The notes: generated by a model from the letters alone, not told the origin. Positions 1 through 12,919 are shown, counted from the stretch's first letter. The stretch is DNA of 64,000 bases from Octopus vulgaris (GCA_951406725.2 OX597814.1:58404001-58468000); one strand, 5' to 3'. Translations and numbers: made by a program.

Positions 1-443
1 CTCCTATATCTAGCAAGTCGGGGAACTAACAGGCCCTTGCTGGTGAAGATTTGAGAATAACATATGTCAGTAGAAATTATAGTATTGATCGTGGGGGAAT
101 AAACTGCAAATAACATGGTCAGTGTTGATTTCAGAATGCAAAAAAGTTGTAAACTAAACTCTAACAGATGGCTAAGTAGAAATTCTACTTTGTCTGCCAG
201 ACGCCCATTTAGAATTATAGTTATTATACCTAAAATTGCTATAATGTATTATGTGTTGATTCAAGTGTAGTTTTGTATTTAAACGATGGCGAAAGTATTT
301 ACCTATCTATCTGGTTAGCTGTCACCATATTTTCAGTAAGCCCTATTGCTTCTTTTCATATCTAGTAAACAACAAATAAGCCATAGTATCCCCCCTCCAT
401 TTCTCTTTCTCTCAGTACCTCATAACACACACATGCGGGGAGG

Positions 444-592
444 CGCGCACACGCACACACACGCGCACACGCACACACACGCGCACACGCACACACACGC
501 GCACACGCACACACACGCGCACACGCACACACACGCGCACACGCACACACACGCGCACACGCACACACACGCGCACACGCACACACACGCGC
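444..592. repeat. 18-bp minisatellite (GCGCACACGCACACACAC)n, about 8 copies, followed by (CA)/(TA) repeats
   Basis: The unit repeats essentially perfectly. It explains the HAHTHT/CARVCA ORFs. Confidence 0.95.
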
Positions 593-593
593 G

Positions 594-629
<36 letters not shown>

Positions 630-1109
630 AATGAGGAACAAAGATATACAGGTGTACATCTTTGTTACACGTGTAGATATTTGTTACTAATATATTCTGT
701 TCACCTTACTAGGAATCTGAATTTCGGAAATGCAATAGAATGTACCTTTAGAAAAGTATTTGTTGGAATTACCAAGAGCGGATATCTTCACTTAGCTGGG
801 TTGCGTTGTCTGCACACACGGCAGGAATATCAGGTACACACACCCTGCACGGAATCTTGATATTCAATATCTAATTAATATTGCTTGTGTGTGCGGATTA
901 TACCGAGCTAGCAAGGTACTTCAATTTAAGTACCAAATTATATATATATATTTATATATATATATGGTAGAAAAGAATAGAAAGTCTTTCGTACACTATC
1001 ACATATTGGAAAAATGCATAGAAATGGCTTTTCTGATAATTTTTCCCCTTTAATAATTAATAATTTAAATGCACATCGGACTCGAATTCGGTTTTAGGAA
1101 ATATACTTA

Positions 1110-1790
1110 ACTAGAGATAACAGAGCCCATGAAAAAGTGCAAAAGATTGCTTGGGGAATCTCCAGACGTCAAATTGTATTTTGAATTAATTTGTTACTAA
1201 TGTCACAGTGATGACTAGGATACGACCAGTCATGTGCTTTGGGATGGTAATGGCGAAAACCTAGGATAACTTGACCAAAGTGATTGCGTTCATATAAAAA
1301 AAGGAGTAATCGTTTAATGCGTTGATATGTGGAATAGTAATATGAAATAGGTGGAATGCCGTAGTTTGGTGCGTAAGAATGCCAATATAGTAGAGTGGTA
1401 CCCGGGGAGAAAGGAAATGAATGTTTGTGCATATGAAAATTGAATACCAAGTGAATTCGAAACTAAGGGTGTCGCAACTGGTGACATGAATTACTGGATT
1501 GGATAGCCACTTTCTGTGAATTGTTGGAGCATTTGATGCATTCGGGAATTAAAACCGGTCTCATTGCTACCGAGGTGGCGAATTATGATATAATTGTAGA
1601 TGAAATGAGCTATGCGTGGGTCTTATTTTGCACATACATAGCTAGAGCAGTATGTTGATTATTTCAAAAGGTATCGGAAAATTAGCAAGAGTGATAGAAA
1701 AAGGTAAATTTAAAATCCATAGCAGGGTGGAAATACAGATATACTCACATCAACTGACACATAATCCTTCCAGACTGGAAAAAAAGCTTC
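1110..1790 (-). mobile_element. Decayed Penelope-like retroelement fragment (RT thumb to linker)
   Basis: Minus-strand translation near 1500-1583 gives IRHLGSNETGFNSRMHQMLQQFTESGYP, resembling the PLE thumb motif RRxCS...F...M...F..RGYP. It is followed by GIPPISYYYSTYQRIKRLLL, resembling RIPLVLTYHP...IKRIL. Confidence 0.55.
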
Positions 1791-1899
1791 GGTTTTAAAG
1801 CAATCTAGTTTTGTACACTTTTTATTCATTTAACACGTAGTTTTCACAGTAAACGTGACTATACGAGAAATTTCGATTCTCTTCAAATATTCTTTATTT

Positions 1900-3500
1900 T
1901 ATTTTTTTTAGTGGAGATTCACGATTTGAAATGTTGAATTCTTCTCACATTCTTCATCACACCATAAAATTAATTACTGTGCATTCCTGCTTTGTTGTCT
2001 GATGAAACAATTTGGTTAGTATTTTCTTATTTTCTTATTTTCTGTTACGTCTTGGTCGTTCACTTAGTGTTATATTGAGAATATTTTATCTCATTAGTAG
2101 AACAGGTGAAATATTGAGAAATATTACATTAATTTTGCATTTAACTTTGTTTGAACATTACCTAAGTCGTGTATAACTTCCTAAACTTTACTTTCATTTG
2201 TGTAAATTGTACTCTGTCAAATTCTTCTCTCTAGCATTTGTATCGGGTGCCATTCTCTCGTCCTAGCATGATATTAGATTTCTTAATTTTCCTTTACGGG
2301 GAATTGACTTGGTACATTATTCTAAACCAGATTTCCAAAATATTCCTTTGATATATCCTTATACAGACTACGGTTGTATTTCTAGTTTATCACTTGCAAT
2401 ATACAAATTTAGGACATACATATAACTTAGTAGCTTATTTGAATCATATTTGATTTGATATATTAATTCAGACACTTAATGGATAGGGGAGAACGAGTCC
2501 TCTCAGAATATATTTTTTCTAATGGGAAGATGGTTACACTTCATTTCATTTCTCCTGCAGGTTGTTTTTCTGGGGTTTTATTTCTATTCTGTGATACCAT
2601 TGCAGTTAGGGCTCTGTAGTTTGTAGGGTTCGCTATTTCTTTTGTCTTTAGGATAACGTGTTGTTTTCTTTTTTTGGTCCTCATTGAATCAGTCAGCTGC
2701 CGTTTCCTGTTCTGGTAGTGTTTTAGTAATCATCTTTATCAGCACCTTGTTTCCTTGTTAAATATTTTAAACTATAGTTTGGAATTTTATCGTGAATTGA
2801 GGCATTCAATTGTTTGTTCTCCGTAGTGCCTATTTCAATTTTTGTTTTATTGTACCCTTGCCATAACTGTAGTTTCCTTTTGAACAATTTCGTCGATGCA
2901 CAATCCCAGATACATTTGCATCTATTGCTATTGGAACTACATTGATTTGTATTTCATTTTATCTATTTCTTGATAAATTCTTTTTTGTGTTGGGCCAAAC
3001 ATCTGTGGTCTGGCCCTAGCGAAACATTTATGGTTTAATATGAATTCCTTGATTCAGACATTTTTACTTTTAATATACGTCTTTGTTTACTGTATATTTT
3101 CGTAACATTTGCCCCTTTGTCACTCTTATGCAGTTTGTTATTGATACTTTTAAGAATTAATCTACTGCTTTATTATTACCTAGATTAATTCTGTGTTTTG
3201 TCTTCCATATTGTTCACCCATACATATGGAGGACTATTTTCTTAGTGTTTGCACTTTCTATTATTCTCGATGTTATTATACAGCTAGAGTTTATTTTTTG
3301 TTAATACTTCCGTTCTTTCATTGGAAGTTGCATTATGAATAATTATTTCCCTAATTCTGTACTTCGATTGCCATGTTCATGTTTTCCTACACTACAACTT
3401 TCTATTCTGAAATATACCTCATATAGTCAATTCTTCATATTTTTGTGACTTAGCGATATGTAGGCTTTCTACCGTTTGTTCCTCTTTAATTCAGTTTCTT
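1900..3500 (-). mobile_element. Highly decayed R4/Dong-clade non-LTR retrotransposon RT region
   Basis: Minus-strand motifs occur in the expected order: ALRRTNN*..HDKIPNY* (~2770-2830, cf. NWKAPGPDKIPNFW), PKTKEIANPTNYRALT (~2600-2650, cf. PKNYRPITC), NIF*EDSFSP (~2485-2515, cf. GIFQGDSLSP), LYMYVLNLY (~2400-2427, cf. LYMDDLKLY), GLE*CTK (~2305-2330) and KLNAK (~2130-2147). Boundaries are approximate. Confidence 0.75.
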
Positions 3501-4489
3501 CATTACTTTGTTGGATTGCGCCGAGTAGGTCAATGTCTTCGGCCGGATATAGAATTGGAGTCCATCGTATCGCTTCAGTTTTATTGTAGATTAGATTCCG
3601 AAACCTGCAATAGAATGAACGAACTGGCTCGAAGTATTCAGTTCACTCTGCTCAGGTGGAGTTATTTTACTAGTCTTGGGGCTGATAAATTAAGTACTAT
3701 ATATCACGCTAATGCTGCATTCGGCCATTGAAATCATGCGTTGGCTTATATCTATGAGATCTATATATGATCCTAGCTCAAAACTTCCTTGGATAACTTT
3801 GCATTTCAACTTTCTATATCGATAAAATAACTACCCAAAATCAACTTGGGGTCACATCGGCGTCAAATAATCGTTCAGCCCTTCGCACGCAAGCACAGAC
3901 ACATATGCAGATATCCGTACGCCCTTGCATGTGTGCGTGTGTGTGCGCGCGAGCGTTGATGTACTGAATGTGCGATAAATTACCATCGAAAAATCAGTTT
4001 GAATTTCTTCTAGATTAATTTCCCATTATGTGTGCTGCCAACAGGGCAGAACAAATAGTTGATATTGCAGATCATTCATTACAAACATTTCAGATGACCA
4101 TAATTAATAATAAAACTGACTACCATCAGCAGCATCAGATTGCAGAATGAAATAACTTTCTTCAAATATTTTCCACTTCATATATAGATACGTCGCACCT
4201 CAGTCTATAACAGAAAACGAAAAAGAGAAAGTAAAAATAAAAACTCAATTAAAACTAGATAATACATCAAATAAAATATAACAATGCTGACTGATGCGAA
4301 ATCAAGGCGTCGCACATAAGCACAGACTATTGGAAAATTTGAATTGAGATGAAACACCAGACAATAAAAGATAAATAATACATGTTTTAATGGATAAAAA
4401 TGAAGTAAAAGCACCTGCAAGTAAAATATACATGGAATATAATACGGTAAATCTATTTAGATATTGTATAAAAATATATTCGATTCAAA

Positions 4490-4683
4490 TTTTTGCACTA
4501 AACCACAAGGTTCGAGTAGGGGAGCTGTTAGATCGAATACATTGACCAGAGCACTCAACTGCTACTTATTTTATCGACACCGAAAGTATAAATCTTAAAG
4601 TTGGCTTCAGAATATAAAGGCGGACGAAATGCCGATAAGTATGTTGCTCGGCGTGCTAACGGTCCTGCCAGCTCGCTGCCTTA
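4490..4683 (-). mobile_element. tRNA-derived SINE, family A, decayed
   Basis: Reverse complement of the AAGGCGGCGAGCTGGCAG..GTTAGCACGCCG head and the GTCGATAAAATAAGTA core found in other copies in this window. Confidence 0.8.
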
Positions 4684-5394
4684 TTGTATAACAATATATA
4701 AAAAATGTAAGTAAGCATTAGTCAGAAAAATAAGATCAAACGACGAAGGGAAGGGAAATACTTTGCACCCGAAATATAAGGTACATAGATAACAAATTAA
4801 TAAATATTTAAAACAAAAACTGATAAAGAGCAAATAAAAAAATAAAGGTAGGAACGAAAGAATTTTGACTTAGTAAAACACTAAGATTTGAACTCAAAAA
4901 GTGTGAAATTCAAACTCCAATGCTCCATTTCCGTTTCAACTGTCGCCTTTCATAGTGCAAAGCACGGATTTTGATGGTGTATACACCAGACTATGGCTAT
5001 CGTTATGACTGATATCCAATACCAACCTATGTGTAACGAAATGTTCGTCAATTCTAGACATGCATTAAAACGCTTATTTCCTAACTACATTTTTTAGGAC
5101 CGATACCCGTTACTGTCAATGGATATAGAGTAAGAATATGAGCTGATAGGTGGTCAATCTGTATATATCATATTATTCAAGTACACTTATGACATCTAAC
5201 ATATATTTTATGATGGAATTCCATTACTGTGGCTATAAATTCCATATGCAACATCTAGCATTTCAACCGTATAGATTCATTAAATTGCCTATTACTGTCC
5301 ATTAAACCCACTCATCTATTTTCTCATATATTTTTCTTCGTGGTGTTGTATTTCAAGTGTTATAATGATAATAATAATTATTTTTAGTATTGCT

Positions 5395-5825
5395 AAAGTG
5401 GTGAACAGGTAGGAACGATTGCACGGCGGACGAAATGCTTACGGTATTTCGTCCGCCGCTGCGTTCTGAGTTCAAATTCCGCCGAGGTTGACTTTGCTTT
5501 TCATCCTTTCGGAGTCGATAAATTAAGTACCAGTTACGCATTGGGGGTGGCTGTAATCGACTTAATCCGTTTGTATGTCCTTGTTTGTCCCATCTGGGTT
5601 TAGCCCCTTGTGGGTAATAAAGAAATACGTATTTCGTCTGTCTTGACCTTCTGAATTCACATTTCGTCGATGTCGACCATGCCGCTTTAATCTGCCGGAG
5701 TCGATGAAATAAATATCAGTTTCACAGTAGGGTCGATGAAATATAAACCAGTTACGCAGTGGGGTGGATGTAAGCGACTTACCTCTCATACCAAAAATGG
5801 CAGGCTTTGTGCTTATAATACAATT
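5395..5825 (+). mobile_element. Composite (dimeric) family A SINE ending in (TTA)n
   Basis: GTTCTGAGTTCAAATTCC B-box-like motif and GCTTTTCATCCTTTCGG.GTCGATAAATTAAGTACC core. The tail ...GTGGGTAATAAAGAAATA is joined to a second body starting GTATTTCGTC. Confidence 0.85.
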
Positions 5826-5931
<106 letters not shown>

Positions 5932-6481
5932 GAGAGAGCAGTTCATGCCATCAAAGTGACACTGGGATAAAATATACGAAGCCCAATATACCCATCATGA
6001 CTACCCGTCTGATAAAGGTACACCAGGCACATGCATCACAACCATATGTGCGCGACATGGTGATCTCATATCAAGATAAACAGCACATGACCTTGCAGGT
6101 GGGGCCCAGTTAGAATTTTCTTCAGGTCGAGTAGCCCATCCCGCTCAAACGGTCCCTGAATAAGGGTTGTTTAAGGATGTTGAAAGAACCACCCATGTTT
6201 CCAGAGGTGAACTATTCAAACCCCAAATAATCCCTCTCAACACATGGCTATGATGCTCCCCCACTACTTCTGCACGTGATCAGAGATGTACATATCGTCA
6301 GCCACTAAGGGACATGCTCAACTGGTTAAGGTCAAACAACTGACAAGCAAATCTGTGATATTGAGCAGAATATTTGCTGTAGCCCATCTTTTATACCAAG
6401 ACAAAACAATGTACATGATAACACTTCCAATCACTTAAGATCAGAAGCCATGAGAGCCACTGCCTGGTACTGCATCAGGGC

Positions 6482-6485
<4 letters not shown>
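5932..6485 (-). mobile_element. Non-coding dispersed element of about 555 bp inserted in (TAA)n; candidate non-autonomous partner of R4/Dong
   Basis: Flanked by TTA tracts on both sides. Partial copies lie at 6897-7140 (+) and 51385-51507 (+), each adjacent to AAT repeats. No ORF. Confidence 0.8.

Positions 6486-6548
<63 letters not shown>
6486..6548. repeat. (TTA)n microsatellite
   Basis: Seen directly. Confidence 0.98.
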
Positions 6549-6550
<2 letters not shown>

Positions 6551-6765
6551 GGTGGCGAGCTGGCAGATTCGTCATCACGCTGAATGAAATGCGTAGCAGT
6601 ATTTCTCCCAACACTAAGTTCTGAGTTCAAATTCTACCGGGGTCGACTTTGCCTTTCATCCCTTCGGGGTTGTTAAATTAGGTACAAGTGAAACATTGGA
6701 GTCGGTATAATCGACTTGTACATGCCCCCCAAATTGCAGGCCTTGTACTTACAGCAGAAAGGATA
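6549..6765 (+). mobile_element. Family A SINE
   Basis: Head AAGGTGGCGAGCTGGCAGA, B-box-like GAGTTCAAATTC, core GTCGACTTTGCCTTTCATCCCTTCGGGG, tail AGAAAGGATAATT. Confidence 0.85.
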
Positions 6766-6896
6766 ATTAATATAATCATTATGTCTTTCAGTTTTGTTTC
6801 TATTTCTTGACGAGTGTCTTCATGACACCTACGGGAAAGAAACTCACTGGTAGGCCATTAAGATTGGGATATAATAATAATGATAATAATAATAAT

Positions 6897-7140
6897 TGAA
6901 ATATTCTGCTCAATACTACAGATTTGCTTGTCACTTGACTGACCTTAACCAGTTGAGCATGTCCCTTGGTTGCTGACGATATATGCATCTCTGATCCCGA
7001 GCAGAAGTAGTGGTGGAGGATCAAAACCATGTGTTGATCCTTAGGGGTTTGAATAATTCACCTCTTGGAACATGAGTGTTTCGTTCAACGTCCTTAAACA
7101 ACCCATATTAAGGGACCCTTTGAGCAGGATGGGCTACTGC
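6897..7140 (+). mobile_element. Partial inverted copy of the 5932-6485 element
   Basis: Reverse-complement match to ~6130-6375 (AAATATTCTGCTCAATA...GGATGGGCTACT), preceded by AAT repeats. Confidence 0.88.
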
Positions 7141-7334
7141 TGACACCACACATTTTGCATTTGTCGCTTATAACTTTTTCAGAAAGTTATAAACGAAGAA
7201 ATGTTGCTAAAAATGTATTTTTCAGAAAGTTATAAAGGAAAAAATTTGGGGGGACGCCCAAATAGTTCTGCCTCATTTATACACGCGCATATATTTACAA
7301 ACAAGTCATATACGCACGTGCGTATAATGTATGT

Positions 7335-8096
7335 ATACACAATCTCCATGTGCATTACCAGTAGCGTTGTTTATCATACACTTCAGATAGTTGGTCCATA
7401 ATGCTTGCTCTTGAGTTGCGCATATGGGTGATTCTGTCTATCTTCATGCTACGGCTCCTCATACCTAGCCACCGATCTTCTATACCTGTCTTGGCGTTTG
7501 TATCTCTTGTAAAATGTCAGTACCTTTTTTCTTCCATGCTGTTTCATTTTTGTGTTCTTTTCCTCTTTAAATTTTTCTTCATTACACGATTCTCAGTTTT
7601 GATGATGCCGGCCTTCTTCACATGTTTCAACAATGGCTCCACGGCATTTTTTCATACCACCCTAAGCTGTTTTCCTCTCTTTCGATGCAATCCTGGCAAC
7701 TGATCAAACATCTCCCACCCTTTTCTCTGGACAAATACAGCTTATTGGTTTCACTCTTAGAGTGGAAGTCTCCGCCAACATTTTCTTGCCTTGGTATCCA
7801 TTTTCATTAGTTTTTGTTTTGCCATTTTATAATTCCAGCTACATATCGAAGTGATATTCCATCCGATCAATTTTGAGCACATCACCAATCTTAGTCTTCG
7901 GAAATATTCCATCTTTAGTTGCTCTTTCATTTCCTTCTCCATTATCACGTTGAACTCTAGTATGCACAGTAATTTGTAGCCTTTCGTTTGAGTTTGTTTA
8001 ATCAGTTCGTTATTCAGTAATTCTATCCCTGCAAGGGACTGTACCTTGCCTCTTTTTAGGTAGATTACTCAACACTTCTTGAGTCCGAATTCCACT
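7335..8096 (-). mobile_element. R4/Dong-clade non-LTR retrotransposon fragment (RT C-terminus to zinc knuckle)
   Basis: Minus-strand motifs: VEFGLKKC*VIYLKRGKV, KMDTKARK, DFHSKSETNKLYLSREKGGRCL (cf. HPKSDVDRLYLPRKEGGRGL) and ESPICATQEQALWTNY (cf. EALICAAQEQALRTNY). Contains stops and frameshifts. Confidence 0.85.
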
Positions 8097-8261
8097 TTGT
8101 TGTTGTTGTTGTTGTTGTTGTTCTTCTTCTTCTTCTTCTTGTTCTTCTTGTTCTTCTTCTTCTTCTCCTTCTTCTTCTCCTTCTTCTTCTTCTTCTTCTT
8201 CTTCTTCTTCTTCTTCTTCTTCTTCTTCTTCTTCTTCTCCTTATCGTCGTCGTCGTCGTCG

Positions 8262-8325
<64 letters not shown>

Positions 8326-8340
8326 CACTATCATTATTGT
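8097..8340. repeat. Compound trinucleotide microsatellite (TTG)n(TTC)n(TCG)n(TTG)(TTA)n
   Basis: Seen directly. Confidence 0.97.
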
Positions 8341-8544
8341 TAAGGCGGCAAGCTGGCAGAATGGTTAGCACGCTGGATGAAATGCCTAGCGGTACTTCGT
8401 CTGTCTTTAAGTTCTGAGTTGAAATTTCGACGAGATCGATTTTCCTTTTCATCATTTCGAGATCGATAAATTAAGTAGCAGTTGAACAGTTGGGTCGAGG
8501 TAATTGACTCTCAAAATTCGAACCTTGCACCTATAATACAAAGG

Positions 8545-8594
<50 letters not shown>

Positions 8595-9400
8595 GGCGGC
8601 TAGCTGCCAGAATCGTTAGTACGCTGGGTGAAATGTTCAGCTAGCAGAATAATTAGCATGCTAGGGGAAATGCTTAGCGGTATTTCGTCTGCCGCTAAGT
8701 TCTGAGTTCAAATTCCACCGAGGTCGACTTTGCTTTTCATCCTTTCGGCGTCGATTAAATAAGTACCAGTTACGCACTAGGATCGATATAATCGACTTAA
8801 TCCGTTTGTCTGCCCTTGTTTGTCCTCTCGGTGTGTAGCCCATTGTGGGTAGTAAAGAAATAGGTATTTCTTTACGTTCTGATTTCAAATTCAACCGAGG
8901 GCAACTCAGCATTTCTTCTTTTCGGGGACAATAAAAGCTGAGCACAGGAGCCGATGTAATTAGCTTATTCTCTCCACTGAAATTCCTCGGTTTAAACAAA
9001 CATTGGAAATCATTATTATTATTACTGAGTTAATACGGCAAGTTGGCAGAGTCGTTAGCATTTTGTCTCTCCTTATAATCAGTGTTCAAATTCCGCTGAG
9101 GGTGACAGTGTCTTCCATCTATTGGAAATCGATTAAGTAAGTACCATCTGAGCGACTAGTCCCGCCCCGTACAATTTCAGGTCTTGTGCCTTTTGTAAAA
9201 AGGATTATCATTACTATTAGCGACCTATCAAAATCGTTAGTACGCCGGGCAAAACGGTTATCTGCATCTTGCCGAGTTAAAAATTCTTAGTTCAAATTCG
9301 AGGAGATTGAATAAAGTAAGTACCAGTTATGCATTGAAGTTGATGTAATCGTCTAACTTCTTCACTCCAAGCCTTGTGCTTATAGCGGAAAGAATTATCA
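8341..9400 (+). mobile_element. Head-to-tail chain of family A SINEs (about 8341-8545, 8592-9015 composite, 9030-9215, 9230-9400) separated by TTA tracts
   Basis: Repeated AAGGCGG..AGCTG.CAGAAT.GTTAG heads, GTTCAAATTC, AAGTACCA and AAAGGATTATT tails. Confidence 0.85.
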
Positions 9401-9407
9401 TTGCTAG

Positions 9408-9428
9408 TATATATGTATGTGTATGTGT

Positions 9429-9481
<53 letters not shown>

Positions 9482-9632
9482 TGTATGCGTGTGTGTGTGG
9501 CTTTCAGTGCGTGTGTGTGATCTGCCTCACATGAAAGCGATCTTTGAAAATGTGGGTGGTCTATTTATGCTTTTATTATGTTTATTTAAATACGATTCTA
9601 GACACAAAATTTCTGTTATAAATGTATCTGTC

Positions 9633-9708
<76 letters not shown>

Positions 9709-9814
9709 TATACTATATATACATACATACATACATATATATATATATATGTATATATATATACATATATATAAACATATATATATACGTATATATATAT
9801 ATATACATATATAA

Positions 9815-9851
<37 letters not shown>

Positions 9852-9920
9852 TATATACATATATATGTGTATGTATGTATGTGTGCGTGTGTGTGTGTAT
9901 AAATATACATATACATACAT
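9408..9920. repeat. (TG)n and (TA)n/(TACA)n microsatellite block
   Basis: Seen directly. Confidence 0.95.
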
Positions 9921-10643
9921 ATAAGTATGTAAATGGAAAGCTATGCATTATAAAGTGTATGTGTGGGCATATGTAAGTAAGTTCAAATGTGTGCATACTT
10001 ACGTTTATGTATGTGCTATGTAATAGCGTGTTTAAGCGCGTTTGTGATTGATTATACCGCACAATAACACACTTGAAATGCTTTCTTCAGTCTGAGGCGC
10101 CATCACATGTGGGAGTGATTTATGAATGACAACACATTCTCGACTTGTCAACCCCAAAGGAAATGCTCGTGCTAAGTTATACAACTTTCTTTTTGTTTTT
10201 TGTTTTTATTTTTTCCCAATGGGAAGAGTTTATCTGTCACTCATCTGCCAACATATGTTTTTCCGTCATTTGTGTTTTTTCTAAATATTTATTATTTTCT
10301 TATCTAGACACTACATTTGGGACTTATTATACGTTTTTATTGTGTTGTCTAATGTGTTTACTATTTTCGAAATATTTTTTATCATATTTTATCATATGTC
10401 ATGTTCATATTTACTTGTCGTTTTATCCCCTTAATTGTACTGCAGCAGTGCTAAAGTAAGGTCTTGAGGGGTTTTTAGTTGAAGAGATCGACACCTATTA
10501 TTTATGATTTTTATTTAAATCAGCTATTATCCCATTGTCCCTATTACTGAATCGCAAAGTCACAGCAGGTAAACAAACCAACACCGGTTCGCAAACACAA
10601 ATATCCACACACGCAGACATAGGTGCCTCTCCCCACCCTCTCT

Positions 10644-10673
<30 letters not shown>

Positions 10674-10678
<5 letters not shown>

Positions 10679-10835
10679 TATATGTAACTGTGTGGTAAGA
10701 AACATGCTTCCCAACCAGATGGTTTCAGATTCAGTCCCACTGCGTGGTAACTTGGGCAAGTATCTTTTACTAGAACCTTGGGCCGACCAAATCCTTCTGA
10801 ATGAATTTGGTAGACGGAAACTGGAAAAAAGCTAG

Positions 10836-10870
<35 letters not shown>

Positions 10871-11085
10871 TTTATCCCTGTGTATGTGTTTGTTCCCACC
10901 TTGTGACAAACGGTGTTGCTCTGTTTATGTCACTGTAGCCCAGCGGTTTTGCAAAGAGACCGATAGAATTAGTATTAGGCTTCAAAAGTAGGTCATGGGG
11001 TCGAGTTGTTCGAGCAAAAGCTCTAGAAGCAGTGCCCGAGCATGGACACACACAAATGACTGAAACAACTGAAAGATAATAAAGG
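10674..11085 (+). mobile_element. CORE-type tRNA-derived SINE, family B, with internal (TA)n
   Basis: CTGTGTGGTAAG head, TTCAGTCCCACTGCGTGG, CORE-like CTTGGGCAAGT and 3' CAAATGACTGAAACAA, matching the young copy at 55143-55547. Confidence 0.85.
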
Positions 11086-11328
11086 TGTATAAATATCTAA
11101 TGATATAATATATATAATTTGTTTTGTATTTACACTCTGGAAAATATTAATATTCCAGGGAATCATATCCTGGTTTTCTTATCAGAAGTACGTTGTGATT
11201 GGTAATCCTAAGCGATCCTTTATGTTTCTTATAACTTGATGTCGGAACCTGCAATGTATCTCAGAGCTAGTATGCTACCCACCTGGATAATTTATCCCTA
11301 TATACACATCATCAGCATCATATATATG

Positions 11329-11361
<33 letters not shown>

Positions 11362-11366
11362 GATAT

Positions 11367-11406
<40 letters not shown>

Positions 11407-11407
11407 G

Positions 11408-11438
<31 letters not shown>

Positions 11439-11599
11439 ATGGAGGGAGGGAGATTACGACAAGCTTCTGCTTTCAGTACATCTTAATCTTGTCTGTTTAA
11501 AATTTTTTGTTAATCTCTAATTGTCTGAATCGTCGCGGTTCTTATTATTCCAACAATCTGCTTTCATGTACAATGTCTCAGCTTCCTCCCGCCTAAATT

Positions 11600-12027
11600 T
11601 CTACTTCTACTTATTAGAGTTATTAGACTGCGGCCAATCTGGGGCACCGTATCGAAATGTTGCTAGTCGAATCGACACAAGTACTTATTTTATTAAAAGC
11701 CTTTTATGTATTCAATCGAAATATTTTGCTGAACCGAAAGATAACGGTGGAGGTGGCTAATAAAACAGCAGCCTGTTGTCAAGTGGTGTTGGCGGAAGGA
11801 ACACACTGACATACACACACACACACACACACACGCACACATACATACACACACAAATACACATATGCGATGGGCTTTTTTCAGTTTCTGTCTACCAAAT
11901 ACACTCATAATGCTTTGCTCGGTCCGACGCTGTAGTCAGAGGCACATGATCAAAATGATATGCAGTCGGACTGAACTCAAAACCTTGTGGTGTGAAACAA
12001 ACTTCCTGCTACAGAGCCAAGGCTGCG
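11600..12027 (-). mobile_element. Family B SINE, decayed
   Basis: Reverse-complement matches to family B: GACTGCGGCCA, TTTGCTGAACCG, TTCAGTTTCTGTCTACCAAAT, GGACTGAACTC. Confidence 0.8.
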
Positions 12028-12057
12028 AATATTTTTGTTTATGTTTCTTTCTTTTGG

Positions 12058-12177
<120 letters not shown>

Positions 12178-12180
<3 letters not shown>

Positions 12181-12675
12181 ATAATAAAAGCGAAATTATC
12201 TTTGTCCGCCTGAGGCCCCTGTATCTCAGCCTAAATTTTCTCTACATTGACCTTTTATTCCTGAATGGAATTAGGATGATATCGGAATTGAAAATCTGCC
12301 CTTCATTTGGCCCTTGAACATCTAGCATTGGGATATGATTTAAAAACATTTGGGTTGCTATTTCTACCATGTAAATCTTGGGTGATTCACGCCATCCCGG
12401 TTGGCGTTTGTCAGATGACGTCAGAGATTAAGTGGGAGAATAATGACATTTGCTTCGTTAATTTTACGTCAACTTTGGGACAAATTGGCCAACAGTTGGA
12501 ATTCAAATTTGTTCTAGAACAATAGAATGATTGCATTATTAAATTGATTCTCATTCGTCCTTAATCTCTGATCAAACACTACCGGGGCATATAGTCATTA
12601 AAGATGTATTATGGTCATGCTATTTAGCCATTCTCAGCTTTCGGTCGCAGGATGAAGTGCAGCTTTTAAGCTAGT
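12178..12675 (+). mobile_element. Probable decayed non-autonomous Helitron
   Basis: Starts with ATATAATAAAAGCGAAATT.TCT.TGTC next to a microsatellite and ends in AAGCTAG|T. The subterminal hairpin is degenerate. Confidence 0.45.
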
Positions 12676-12919
12676 ATATGATAAAATAGAAAGTATAACT
12701 TATTTACTAGGTCACAAATAACAGCAATTAACAGGTTTTATGGGAAAAAGAAGTACGTTACAGTTGTATTTCCAAAATACAATTATCGGTGTCGAGCCGA
12801 GATAATAGTTGATGTGAGCACCGAAAATATATGCGGGGTAACCAAGGTACAAGGACAAGAAAGAAGAAAGAATATAATTTCGAAACATCTATAAAATACG
12901 GGAATGCTCATATAAGTAT

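Noticed and set aside
630-940. Insert between (TA)n tracts with a CTGATAT...GCAAC pattern on the minus strand
   Set aside because: It may be another PLE-type end, but the hammerhead core is not recognisable and there is no second copy in the window.
1081-1118. Hammerhead remnant downstream of the Penelope-like relic (minus strand CTC...AAAACCG..TC-GAG)
   Set aside because: The position is suggestive but both core boxes are too decayed to call.
6970-7010. CTGACGA in the TAA-associated element; CTGATGA at ~2000, ~30115, ~38721, ~41580 and in the Helitrons
   Set aside because: None is followed by a paired stem II, GAAA and stems III/I.
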